Made by a program: the position numbers and the translations under genes. From Octopus vulgaris (lineage: Eukaryota): a stretch of 64,000 bases of DNA. Under the pieces are notes generated by a model, which was given only the letters and a program-made list of their open reading frames with translations, was not told where the DNA came from and did not search any database. Below, piece by piece: positions 13,791-26,514 of this stretch; within the stretch, counting starts at the first letter, position 1; each line of letters starts with the position of its first letter. The stretch is taken from the NCBI GenBank assembly GCA_951406725.2, contig OX597819.1, positions 62,124,001-62,188,000 of the forward strand, written 5' to 3'.

Positions 13791-14864
13791 CCCTTTCGTT
13801 ACCAAGCCGCCCGAAAAAAATTTTGGTTAATGTGACCAAACTGCCCAAACCCGTCCGTATTTACCTATTCATATTTAAATGAGAATATCAGAGCAAATCT
13901 CTTTAGTACATTCGTGAAAACATGTGATTATACTTCGTAAACAGTTCATCTACAGTTTTGTACATTGATCGAAGTGTAATTTTAATTCTGTGAATTTTGG
14001 GAGATTTTTTTCCGAAATTTGTTCCTATTGTGTTTTCAAAATTTGTAATTCTGACAAAAAATGGATACAAATTTCATTATATCAAGTGGCGAGTCAGAAT
14101 TCGAAGGCTTTTCTACTGAACCTTGATAAATCTAACTCTATGACTGAAAAAAAAAGCACGAGGTATTTGATAATGAATCCGATGTTTCATTTTCCGAAAG
14201 TGAAAACAGTGAATCCGAGAGCTCCGACAGCGATAAAGAAAATGAATTGGCACCTGAATGGAGTGAAAATTTAAAAACTGTTTCTTTCGGTGATTTTTCT
14301 GAAGAAACTGGACCAAGCCACAGTCTTTCCCAGGAGAGTAAAGCCTTAGACTATTTCTATTTACTTTTTCGAATAAGCCTATTTGAAATCATTACGGCGG
14401 AAACGAACCATTACGCTAAATGTAAACAAAGCGAAAGAAAGGATAGTTTGTGGTTTCCCACAACCTTAAATGAAATTAAGGCCTATTTTGCCATAAATAT
14501 TATTATGGGTATCAGAAAGTTACCCAGAATAACAAATTCTATAGTAAAATTTTGTTGTATACCCAATTGAATATTAGCTAATAACCCATTTTCTATAGCG
14601 ATGTTTGAACAAAAATTTTAATAATTTTATATTTTGTTGAATTTACCTGTATCTACCTGCAATTAGTCACTTTGTGACAAAAATTATAGTATAGAATTGG
14701 TTGAGAACATTTCATTAAATTATCTTCCAAAAATCACATTAATATATTAATAAATAAAAAAGTTATAGTTGTTTAATGAAACCAGACTAAATTTATGATT
14801 ATGTTAGAAATTAATTGAAACACATAAGGGGTGTATTTTGGTCATAAATATAGTAACGAAAGGG
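13791..14864 (+). mobile_element. Internally deleted piggyBac (PGBD4-like) transposon
   Basis: TTAA|CCCTTTCGTTAC ... GTAACGAAAGGG|CTAA termini; residual peptide LFEIITAETNHYA...WFPTTLNEIKAYFAINIIMGIRKLP typical of piggyBac transposase N-terminal part. Confidence 0.88.
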
Positions 14865-15640
14865 CTAATAGACATTTCTTTTGTGTAATTCTTTTCCAGG
14901 GAAGGGTGCGTCACCTTTTGGTCATGAGGTATAGATTGTGATTTGGGCTGAAGTGGAAAAAAATTAGCCCAAATTTGTTAACAATTTAGTGCTGAATAAT
15001 ATTCAAAGGGCAATGGTTAGGATATAGTAGCCTCTACCTATTTTGAAATGGATTTGAACGCAATCCAAGAACTGTAATTCATTTAATTTCACTTGTCTGT
15101 ATTAATACTGACAACCTATTTGATTTCCACATGTTATAAATTGTTCATAATAGATTTTCCTTAATGGCTGGTGTGTATCTCTTGACCATGGTCCTGCCCC
15201 CACCCCGTGCTTAACAGCTATTTTGTAAACCTCAAAAATTGAATATTTTATTTTGTTCATGTAATATATAAATCCATTGACTTATTAATCTGCAATTGAT
15301 GTAATGGTTGTTTGCTCAATGCTCTAATCTGCCAATATTTCACACACACACACACACTAGTAGGATCGATTTAGTTCATAATTGAATCACTTCTGTGGAG
15401 CAATGCTTTACTAACAAAGGATTCATAAAAGGCACTCTTTTATATTTTTCCCTCATAAAAGTTGACAAATTTTATTGTCCTTAATAATTTTAAACTGGAA
15501 GTTACCCATTCAATAAAATTCCTGTGGATTGATTTTAATCATTTTTCATATTTTTAAAAACTTGACTGCTGATTATTCACTGTTGTCAACATTCTGTACC
15601 ACTGAACACTAATGATCGTCTTTTTTGATTTCTACACAAG

Positions 15641-15896
15641 CAATGCAGGTGTGCTCACTGCTATCAAATAGTGTGCCCGCCTGGTCAGTCAGTCACTCGT
15701 GTCTCCTGGGTCAGTCACTAGCTGTGGGTCGGTCAGCGGTTGGTCATCTTCTACCTACTCCCGGCCCAGCCTGGCCAGGGCAGGCTGCTGCAGCAGCACC
15801 AGGACCAAAGGACAGACTCCTCCTAGTTGACTACTACTACAGAGCTATGAATGAATACATTGGTATTAGTAGACATCTCTGAGGTGTGAGCTGAAG
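15641..15896 (+). promoter_or_regulatory. Candidate decoy/poison exon in the large OGT intron
   Basis: Branch-like CACTAAT (15607), pyrimidine tract, AG at 15640 and 15648, GC-rich body, clustered GTnnGT hexamers, in-frame stop, donor-like sites at 15884-15914. Confidence 0.55.
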
Positions 15897-17240
15897 GTAT
15901 TGTATACTTAAATGTGAGTCAATTTCAGTTGTAGTCCCTGGCTATTTGTCTCCTATTTCTGCAGTGTAATGACATCTCTTTTACTGATTCATGATGGTCA
16001 AGTGTGATTTGGGGCAGTTTGGATTGCAAATTTCACCACCTAATGACATATATATATTTTCCTTTGGTTATAGTTTTTGCTGCTGGCTTTGAAACTGTTT
16101 TCCTCTTCATTGTTATAAAGGACACAGCTTAATTTGACTCCACATTCAAAATTGTTGATGGAAGTAATATTTGTTTTAATTTCAGTTATCTTAGATGATG
16201 AGAAAGCATTTAGTTCATATAACAGTTGAAATTTCTCTTGACTAATAATAGAATATTCTTATCACTGAATTAAAAAGAAATACTAATTTAAGAACCGACA
16301 GGATTAACTAATTTTAGCGTACCCTCTCCTTTAACTTTTACAAAATGCTGGTCTATAAAAATACACTCTTTAGATGTTGTAGGCTAATAAAACAAATGTC
16401 TATATAATTTAGTAAATCGATCTTTCTTATTGCTTCTTAAAGTGTCTTTAGTCAAAACCATTCACTTGATTTAATTATGTGCAGTTCACTTCTTGGAATT
16501 GATTTTGAATGCTGAAAGCACCCTTGGTATAAGAACTTCATTTGGCAAAACATGCTGCAAGGGCAATAACCTGTTCGCACCATGGTTGTTAAGGTTTTTT
16601 TTAATTCAGTTTTCTTTGGCACACTGCAGTTTATTTGCTGACTCTTAGTTCTCTTGTATTTAGCCCCTTTTTAGTAATAAATATTGAAGTCTGTTGTTAC
16701 CTTTGTAAATGTTTTCCAAATTTTTTTTTAAATAGATATTTGTATTTGATTTTGATTTGTTTAAATTGTGTAACTTATATGGAATTTGAAATTCTAATTG
16801 ATATAGTTGTGAACTATTTGATTAAACATAGCTTTTTTGGTAAGTACAGCTAACTGAGAATATTCATTAAATCTAGTTAATTTAGCATGTTTTGTTTTGA
16901 AGTCATTTTTGATTTCGTATCTGTTCTTGAAAGATGGGGACAAAAAACGTACTTCTGTGTTTTAACCATTTAACACCTCAAGTGGTGTTAGTAGAATATA
17001 TTGAAGGGTTTTTTGTTTTAATTTTTTTTTGTTGAAAGAATTATTACAATTTACAAATTTGCCCTGGTAAGAATCATTGTGGCAAGACTTCATTTTTCAA
17101 AATCAGTTTAGTTAAATGAGTATTTTATTTTTGTTTCAACTTACTCTATATTTAGTATACTTTTTCTTTATACAGTGTAATAGTTCTAGTTCTTCACACA
17201 ATCAATTTTTTGAATAATATGCTGTATGTGTGTGTATATA

Positions 17241-17296
<56 letters not shown>

Positions 17297-19803
17297 TTTT
17301 CTAGTTTCTGAAGTAGGTGTAAGAAGTAATTATAGAAGGAGCTGACTGAAGAAAATCATTGTTCAAGAATACTCTGTCTAGTGTTAGGACTGAATCTTGC
17401 TCAGAAAATCTGCATCTTATATGCCATCATCACTCCTTTAGTTATGGTAATTTTAGTAATGAAATATATTTGAAGTATTTGTATTTTATATCAACTTAAT
17501 ATGTATGCAAGAGACTATAGGATGCTGCATGGTAAAATTGTTTTGGAGAAGTTATACATTGTCACATGACTCATTGGGTATCATTGAATGTTTTACACTT
17601 GGTCTGTCAATGAAGATTCACTGCTGTTGTTTCCTATTGGATTCCTAGAAGCCTACAATTGCACAATATTCTGCCTCTTCAGTGTGTAGTAGTAAACCAT
17701 GAAGAGTTACAGATCTATACCAGTGACAGGATGTCAAACAAGATACATTGAAATCAAAATTGGAACAGTATAATTTATTTTATTCAATATAAGTTTTTAA
17801 AAAAAATGCAGTTTCATATAAGATACATTTGGAATGCTGCTTAGTTTCAAATTATTTTAAATTACCTGAAATATAATTTTGATGATGATGATGATCACTT
17901 ATATAGTATGAAGATGCTTTCCCGAGCTTGTATAAGTATTTTGCTCAAAAGTTACGACAAGGAAATTAGTTAAAAGTTACTACATGTATGAACCAGTATT
18001 TTTGCATTTTTATGGAATGGAATTTCTTCAAAATGTAATCAGTGTGTTCACATATTAAAAATTTTCCATCAAAAATTAGTTAATAAGGGATGACAGAAAT
18101 AGCATATTTTCTTTTACGCATTATTTACAGTAGAGGATTCCTGTTTCATGTTTTTTTTATTGTATGAGGAATTTGTCCAGGAATATGTATTAAAGTTTTT
18201 TTTTTTTTATATTTAAGTAAAAGGGTGAGAATTTATGTCTGCTTTCTACTGAGATTATTAGTGATAGAATATTTCTTGTTGGTTTCCTTGAATGGTGATT
18301 TTGTTTTCTTTTCCTCTCTCTCTCTTTCTATCCTACTGTCCCATGTAACAGCTTTACCTCTTTATGCCATTATACTGCAGTTGAAAGGATATTGATATGC
18401 CCTAAAATACAAGAAAAATAGAAAACAAAAACACCAGCATCAAATAACTTAATTTGTATTATTAAAAGTGACTACTATAATACTGATTTTTTAAGGTTCT
18501 TTTCATATTTTTTCATACAAGCTTTTTTTTATAAAGTCATTTTTCATAACATCACTAATTTCTCCAAAATTATTGCTAATTTTTCAGAATAATTGTTTTT
18601 CTATCTTTTTTCATTTTTCTTCTATTAGATTTTTTTTTACATTTTTATTTCGTTTCTTTACAATTTTTTTCTTTGTCTATTTCATTTTTATATTTCTATA
18701 TCAGTATTTTTGTGTGTATGTATTTTATGCAGTTACTTTTTTATTCCCTTAGCGCGCGAAGCATTGCGCGGACGCACTTGATCGCAGGCGAATAGATAAT
18801 TTTTTTTAGATGTCAGATTTCTTCTCCTGTATTTTAAAGTTTCCTCATCTTGTCATGGATGACTTGGATGTCTTCAATTTATCCAAAATTTCTTGACTGA
18901 TAAATTCTAAAAGTACATTTTCATTCACTTTGGGCTATATAAATAACACCTTATTTTAAGTGTTTTATTTTGCAAAATTTGTAATAATCAGTGAAGGGAG
19001 TGTCAGTTTTTCATTGTTAATGAAAAAATAAAAAGAAAACAAGCAAAAGTTTTCATTCGAATAATAACTAGAGTTAGAGAAATACTTCAAAACGTCATGT
19101 GTGTGTGGCTACCCATGATGAGGCAGCTTGTTGGGAGAAGAGAAGTGAAACCTAATTATTTTATTTCACCAAGCAGAACGGCTTTCTTCTCCTATTATTA
19201 CAAGAGAAGAGAAATGACATCTTTATTTTTTTAAAAAATTTTTTTATATACATATATATTTAATTCCATATATGTATGTATATAAAATGCGTGAATGTGT
19301 GTATGCATATATATGTGTGTATATATGCATATATATATATATATATATATATAATTTTTGTTTTACTTTGGTGTTATCAGCACAAGTCATCACTAATGTA
19401 TGGTTTATAGAACCAAAGTTTCTTTTAGCAGCTAACTTTTCAAATATATAAATAACTTAAATTTTAGATTTATTAAAATGTATTCACCAATATTTAATTT
19501 TGCTTTTTTTCCCCCTAAAATAATTTCATTTTTTTCTTTTGCTAAATCTCTAGATGATGCATTTATACAGATGTTAATTTGTTAGGTTGCCTAAGAAAAC
19601 ATGGTTCTAAAATCCTATATGCATGGTTAGTGCTTAACACAGTATTATTGCGCGCGTTTAGTTCATAGTGCAAAACTTCTACTGGAGCGCAGGCGACTTG
19701 AGCGCTTTGCTTTTGGATGTTCTTTTTAACTTTCTTTGTCTTTTGCCAACCTGTACAAACATCATTTATTTTGTTTATAACTGTAAATTTGCCTACACTT
19801 TAG

Positions 19804-19992
<189 letters not shown>

Positions 19993-21850
19993 TAGTTGAT
20001 GGCATTGATAACCCAGTACTTTATTTTGTTACTTAGCTATTATATTTAATGTCACTTACCTTGATGATGCAAAAGATGCAATGCCAATGTGATCTACACA
20101 AATATCAACACACATCACAGGCTTCTGCATGGATGCTACATAGCAAATTCTCAAAATCTTGGTTGACCCTATGCAGTGGGATTGAACTGGGAACCAGTTT
20201 GTGATGTGAACTTCTTAACCACATGGCTATTTCTGTTCCAGGTTTTAAAGGAAGTGCTTCAAATAATTAAGGTATGCAACTAAACAGTACTGGTACTATG
20301 TAAGAGAATCAATGCATTGTTTTCCTTTTCTCCAGTCAATTTCACAGTGTGAGTTAGGTGGTCATATTTATAAGCCCTGAACTAGGACCATTTCTTCAGT
20401 CATTTAGTATTCAAAATGGTCAGATATAACAATATTGGTTAAATTGACCTCATTGACCAGATGTTTTGCACCTTGGTATCTTATCATTGTCTGAAGCTGT
20501 ATTTTTTGCACCGTATTTACATAAATGTATATTAATCTTGGGTATGAACACTAAAGAACTGAAGTCTATCTGATAAGACATGCAATGGCTGTTAATTTCA
20601 ACAAAATTATGAACATGAAATAAAAGTTTCTTACAGGAAAGTATTGCTTCCTGAATGACAGTTACATAGGTTACGTGATTAATTGCTGTATATTGGTTGA
20701 CAGTTATCACATGAACTACACTTGTGAGTTAGTTTGACTATGTTTCCTAATATTTACTAATACAACTTTCTAGTAGCTTAACTAGTTTGAGAATTAGGTA
20801 TAAAATATTTTTTTTTAATGAAAAGCCCCCCAACATAGCAATGTAGAAAGTATCCTGTGTTGTAGGAGAGAAATATTGTTATGCATATTAGTAGTAGTTT
20901 TAGAAATGTTTTAACTTGATACACTTGTATTTTTTTTTCCTTTGTAACTCTCACAGTATTATGCAATTTATTTCACTGTATTTCTGATATGATGGCTTAA
21001 TAACATTTTTATTTAACTTCAAACTCTATCATCAAGATATTTCTTGTGCATTCCTTATGCACAAAGCAAGAGTTTCTTTTGAGAATTTAGTGTCTACTTT
21101 TTCAGAATTCATTCTAACAATGTGAGTTGTCTGAACAGTATAAATTATTTTAACATGAAATAAAAATTGAGTGAAGTGTTTTAGATTTTTGTTTATGCAG
21201 ATCGTGTAGTTTTAGCTGATCTGTTTAAACGATTCTTTTGGAGTAACATGGAAGATAGCTTAATTATTATTGTATCACTGATTAAGAGGTGGAATTTGTT
21301 CTAGCTTCTCTTGTGTCCTGTGCTCTGCTTAAGGGCATCCAGCCTTAGAAACCTTCTCAAATCAGATTGGAACTGGTGCAGCTCCCTGGTTTACCAGTTT
21401 TCAGTCAAGCTGTCCAACATATGCCAGCAGAGAAAGCAGATGTTAAACTATGATGATGACGATGAACATTACTGAAAGTTTTGTTATTCAGTGTGAGAAT
21501 GGCTGATTTCCATTGCTCACCTGCTTATCTGGTCAGTGTACACACACAATCACACAATAGTGTATTGAAGATCAAAAGTAATATTTGTTTAGGGTGATTT
21601 TTTTTTCTCTATATAATGATGGTAGCAGGTGTAATTTGGAGGAAATTTGACTGGTTATTTCTTGCTTCAGCAGACCTCAAGTGAAAGCATTCTGCCTGTT
21701 TCTGTGTACTTCAAAGACTTTCTTTCGAATAATGTATGATTTTAGTTTTCAGGAACTTTATTTTTAGCAAGTTGGTAGCACATAGATTCATTTAGTTGCT
21801 GATTAGCACAAGGTTCTAATTAAATCTGACTTGTAATAAAATGGGTTTAA

Positions 21851-22066
21851 CCCGTTAGCATTCAGATTACTCTGTCAAATGTAATGCTTATTTATTTACA
21901 TTATTTTGAATTAATCATGCATTAACTTGTAGCTTCAAGATTTCAATGATGCGATTGTTTACTTTTATGATATTGTAGGATAAGTGTGAAAGGCCAAATC
22001 CAGCCAGTTTGAACGTAAACAGGTAGTTTATTTTGGCTGGATGTGGTCAGCTAAAATGCTAAAGGG
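21851..22066. mobile_element. piggyBac-type MITE, family A
   Basis: TTAA|CCCGTTAGCAT ... ATGCTAAAGGG|TTAA. Confidence 0.8.
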
Positions 22067-24432
22067 TTAAACTTGATAATTTTTTTTTGCTTGCTTGGTA
22101 CATAAGGGACTTCATTGTCTAGTATGTCCCTCCTTTAACACTGTAGGGTGTTTTGAAGTAGATGAAGCTGGTATTTCTAGTAATTTCACTGACTGCATAG
22201 ATACTCTCTCAAGTATCACATGGAAGAACCTTCAATAGTTGCTCTTTAACTTCATGCTAGGACTGATAAGGTGGACATGATAAAGTGTTCCAGATGTGGC
22301 CACTGCATCCTCCTGACATATTTAATGTGTCATTCCTTTAATATTGGTTGAGTTTCTTTTTGTACATCTGAAACTGTATTGTCCAGTATGTCTTTCCTTT
22401 TCGAAGACTTTAATTTAAGAGAAATTTGGTTACTATTACCTAGTAGTCCAAACAGCAAACACAAACTCTGTCATTGATTGACTACACAGTTTCCTTCAAG
22501 TGAGTAGAGTACTCACCCTATTCATACACAGATTTTGATAGAGAAACTGTGTTAAAATTGACATTCAAAAGGAACATTTGATACAAGATGGATTAGAAAA
22601 ACTGTAAATGTACTTATGTTTGCTATAGACTGAACAAATGATGTGTGTGTAGAATATTTTGATAAATGTGTCTAAGTATATATGTATGTATGAGTATATA
22701 TACATACAAATATGTGTGTGCACATTGATGTATATGATTTGTATAAGCATATTTATGTGCAGATAATGATACATGCATATGTAAATAATTGCATTATAAA
22801 TACGCAAGCATATATTGTTTTTGTGCTTATTTGTATCAAACTTGACTACTTGTGTGTCTGCAATGTAATAAATTTGTGGTTTGTATTTAACTCCTCTTAC
22901 AAGATAGTGATATATTGTCGCAGTTGTTCTGAAGTGTTAACTTTAGGACAGTCTTATTTCAGATCATTTGCTGATAAAGTTATAACATGCAGGTAAGAAA
23001 ATGCAAAGAAAATTGAGTACATTTTACATGTTTAAACCAGAAAAATTGCTTTGAAAAAAAATCACAAACAAAAAAGAAACAACTCTTGTCATTATGTAAA
23101 TATTCTGGAGACTGAGATGTTATGACCTTAAAAAAATCTTTTCAAATATTTATAAGTGTCTAAATACTTCATGTATTATCAACATCTTTATTCTTTTGTG
23201 TTGTTTGAAATTCTACATGGTATTTACTCTTACATTTTTTAATGGAAATTTTCAAATTTGTCAAATGTTGAAGTATGTTTTAGGGGAGCAATTTAGATTT
23301 GTGAAGGAAATGCCTTGGAAGAGTCATGTCGCAAGCTAAGATTGTTTGAAAATGTAATTAAAAAATAATTCCCCAGAGTACTATGAAGACACAAGTGTTG
23401 AAATGTCATAGAATTAGTTTGCCAGTGGAAATCTGTAGATATTGAAGCATGGTAAATTTTCTTTTGTCAGCTAAAAGTAGACTTGCTGAATGTATTTTAA
23501 AGAAGAAAAAAAATTGAGTTTTTAGAAGCTAAGTGGTCCTGCTTTGTTGGTTGCTAGAAATTATTTATGCAAGCAATCTGAAGCAGTTGGTATTAGAAAG
23601 GGCATCCAGTTAGTGGAAACGATGCCAAAGTAGACATTTGACCTTGGTCCATCCCTCTGGCTTGTCAGTTGACATTGAACTGCCAGTATGGAAAAAAGGG
23701 ACACTAAATTGTTATGAAACAATGCCAACACAAGCTTTTCAAGTTTTGCCTTTAATTGGTGTATCATTATTAGAGCCTGTCTCCAATAGGGAGACTAAGC
23801 CTGTAGTTCAAGTGCCTAAAAGATTGAACATGATAATGGGAACTGGCGAGGAGGAGGTGGACAGTTCTTGTTTCCATTATTTGTAATATTTATGTTCCAT
23901 CTGTTTTAATTTGATGAAATGAGAATATAAGTATAGACATTGTTTCAACTGATTATAGTACTCTCCTAGAAGAAACACTGTAGGGTGTTTTGAAGCTTTA
24001 ATTCCTCTTAGACATTTATCTCCAGTGTGAAAAGTGTTGTTTTATTCTTTTTTTGTAATTTTGTCTACCAGCTTAATATTTGAAGAATATTAATTTTCAA
24101 TGCAAAAAAAAAAAAAGAAATTCTAATTTCTTGTCTACAGAAGTTGAATCTTTGTAGATAAGTATTTTTATTACAGTCTTGCTTTCAAAATATGCTCTTT
24201 TGAAGAATAGTACAGTGTGCTCAATGACTTGGAGATAATGGAATCAGTCATACCTGAAATTACTTTTTCCATTTCCAGCAAATGAATTAATTAGCAGGGA
24301 TGTGTAGGGTTTTGCTTTTTACCCCTTTCTTAAGGGGCAATCTTTCATGTACTGGCTGTTAACAAACGGGCATAATTTTATCATTAACCTTGTGGTAGTA
24401 TTGAGGAATTTTCCATTTCTACTGTTACTTAG

Positions 24433-24512
24433 GCTGTGGCTTTGGATCCTAATTTTCTGGATGCCTACATCAATTTAGGAAATGTCCTAAAGGAGGCTCG
24501 GATATTTGATAG
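24433..24512 (+). CDS. OGT: OGT exon (TPR)
   Basis: tag| AVALDPNFLDAYINLGNVLKEARIFD(R) |gtaagt. Confidence 0.96.
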
Positions 24513-25900
24513 GTAAGTCATTAATTTTTAGTCATTTGGCTTTTGCAAAATTGTACATATTGCTTTTTACTTACATTTTAATTAGGAACATGTTATGTCA
24601 TATTTTTTTCTTTGGGATATTTGGAATTTGAAGTAAAATTTAGTTTAACTTTAGTTATTTATTGATTTTTATACCATCTTGCCTGAGGCTACTTCTGGTT
24701 CTATGATAGAAGCTTTGTTTTAAAGTGATCTGAATGAAAACCATCCCTCAATATTTCTTGCTTATTTATGTTCTAAAAATCAGCTTAATAACAAGTTATT
24801 TTACTGAATTCTTCATTTTTAAAATTGAAGCAAAAGCAATATATTTCAACAAATATGGTAATGAAAGGGCTAGGTTTATGTTAGGTGGGAAGACTGTAAG
24901 AAGTAATGAGAGGTCATTTAAAATTTTATTATTTGATATGAGGATTATTCAGCATTTACAAACTTTTCTTAATCTAGTATTTAAGCCATACAAGAATTTG
25001 GAATGAGATTCATGCATAAATATTGTATAGACTAATAACTTTCTCTTTGGCACCATCTTAAAAAAAAAAGAAATGAAATGACCGGGCAAGTTATGAAGAT
25101 TATAACTAAGAAAGACTGCGATACAATTTTCTTTTATGATGTTCTCAATCATTATCAGCCATTATGTGCAGCACTGGAATAATTTCTAGGGTTTGAGCAC
25201 AAGTGCCATGTATGGAAATCCTAGACTGCTCCTCTTGGGGGATTCTTGCTTTGAACTTATTAGTTTTAATCCAGTGGGGATAAACATAACAGTTGCCAGT
25301 AATTTGATTGCAAAAGCTACCAGAAAGAAAGCAATTGATTGATCTCTGAAAGTTTTAGAGCTCATCTCTGGACTTTGTTGTTGCCTTTGTTTTTAACTAA
25401 GTTTATAGAAGGATTTGACATGAGCACTGTAACGAAATAGTCATTTAATGAATAGTGATGTTCATAGTATTGGACACTCTCACTTTATGGCACTTAAGTG
25501 GACTGAGTTATTTAGGTTAAGTGTCCAGATTGTGGTTATTGCCCACCTTTAGTGATAGGACAGTCTATGGTTTCTTGGATGGTTGATCAGCACTTTTAAC
25601 TTGACCAGATATGATTCTCGTACAAGCTTACAGTGTGTTTACTCCAGAAAATTTTAGCTTTTTGTGAAAATAGGGAAATGTGTTACAGGAACTGAAAACT
25701 TGTTAATGCAATCATGATGGAGGGAACTTGTGTAGAAAGTGAAGGCAAATAATATTGGTGGAACAGTTACATGCAGTTATCTAGACGATCTTTTAACAGG
25801 AAATCTTGTTGAAAATGACCACCAGTCTTTATCTTTTAAATGCAAAAAAGATCTGTGCCATTATAGATATGTAAAGATGCTTGGAATGATTTTACTATAG

Positions 25901-26050
<150 letters not shown>

Positions 26051-26308
26051 TAAGTTTCTCTCAATTTATTCACTTTTATTACTGGTTTTTAAATCTGATA
26101 AAGTATATATTTGCTAACTTGCATTTACTATTGAGCAATCACTACCAAATGTGAGTGAAATAACTTCCAATATAGAATCTATTTATAATTGGTTAAATTT
26201 CCATGTGCAGTTAAATGCTGAAGTAAATAAATGCGTTACAGTATTCATGTCTCTTTAAGTTCATAAATATTGACTTTACCTTTCATTCCATGATTCAGAG
26301 TTCATTAA

Positions 26309-26514
26309 CCCATCAGTGTTTAGCTTACATTGTCAAATGTAATACTTATTGTTCACATTGTTTTGAATTAATCGTGCATTATCTCGTAGTTTTGAGATTT
26401 CAGTGATGGGATTATTTTTGGAATGGCATTGTAGGATAGACATGAGAGACTGGATCTAGTCAGGTTGGATGTAAAACAGGTAGAATATTTTGGTCCAGCT
26501 TAAATGCTAAAGGG
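26309..26514. mobile_element. piggyBac-type MITE, family A
   Basis: TTAA|CCCATCAGTGT ... ATGCTAAAGGG|TTAA; internal similarity to 21851 copy. Confidence 0.75.

Noticed and set aside
19115-19220. Possible C/D-box snoRNA (ATGATGA box C)
   Set aside because: No CTGA box D or terminal stem at a suitable distance.
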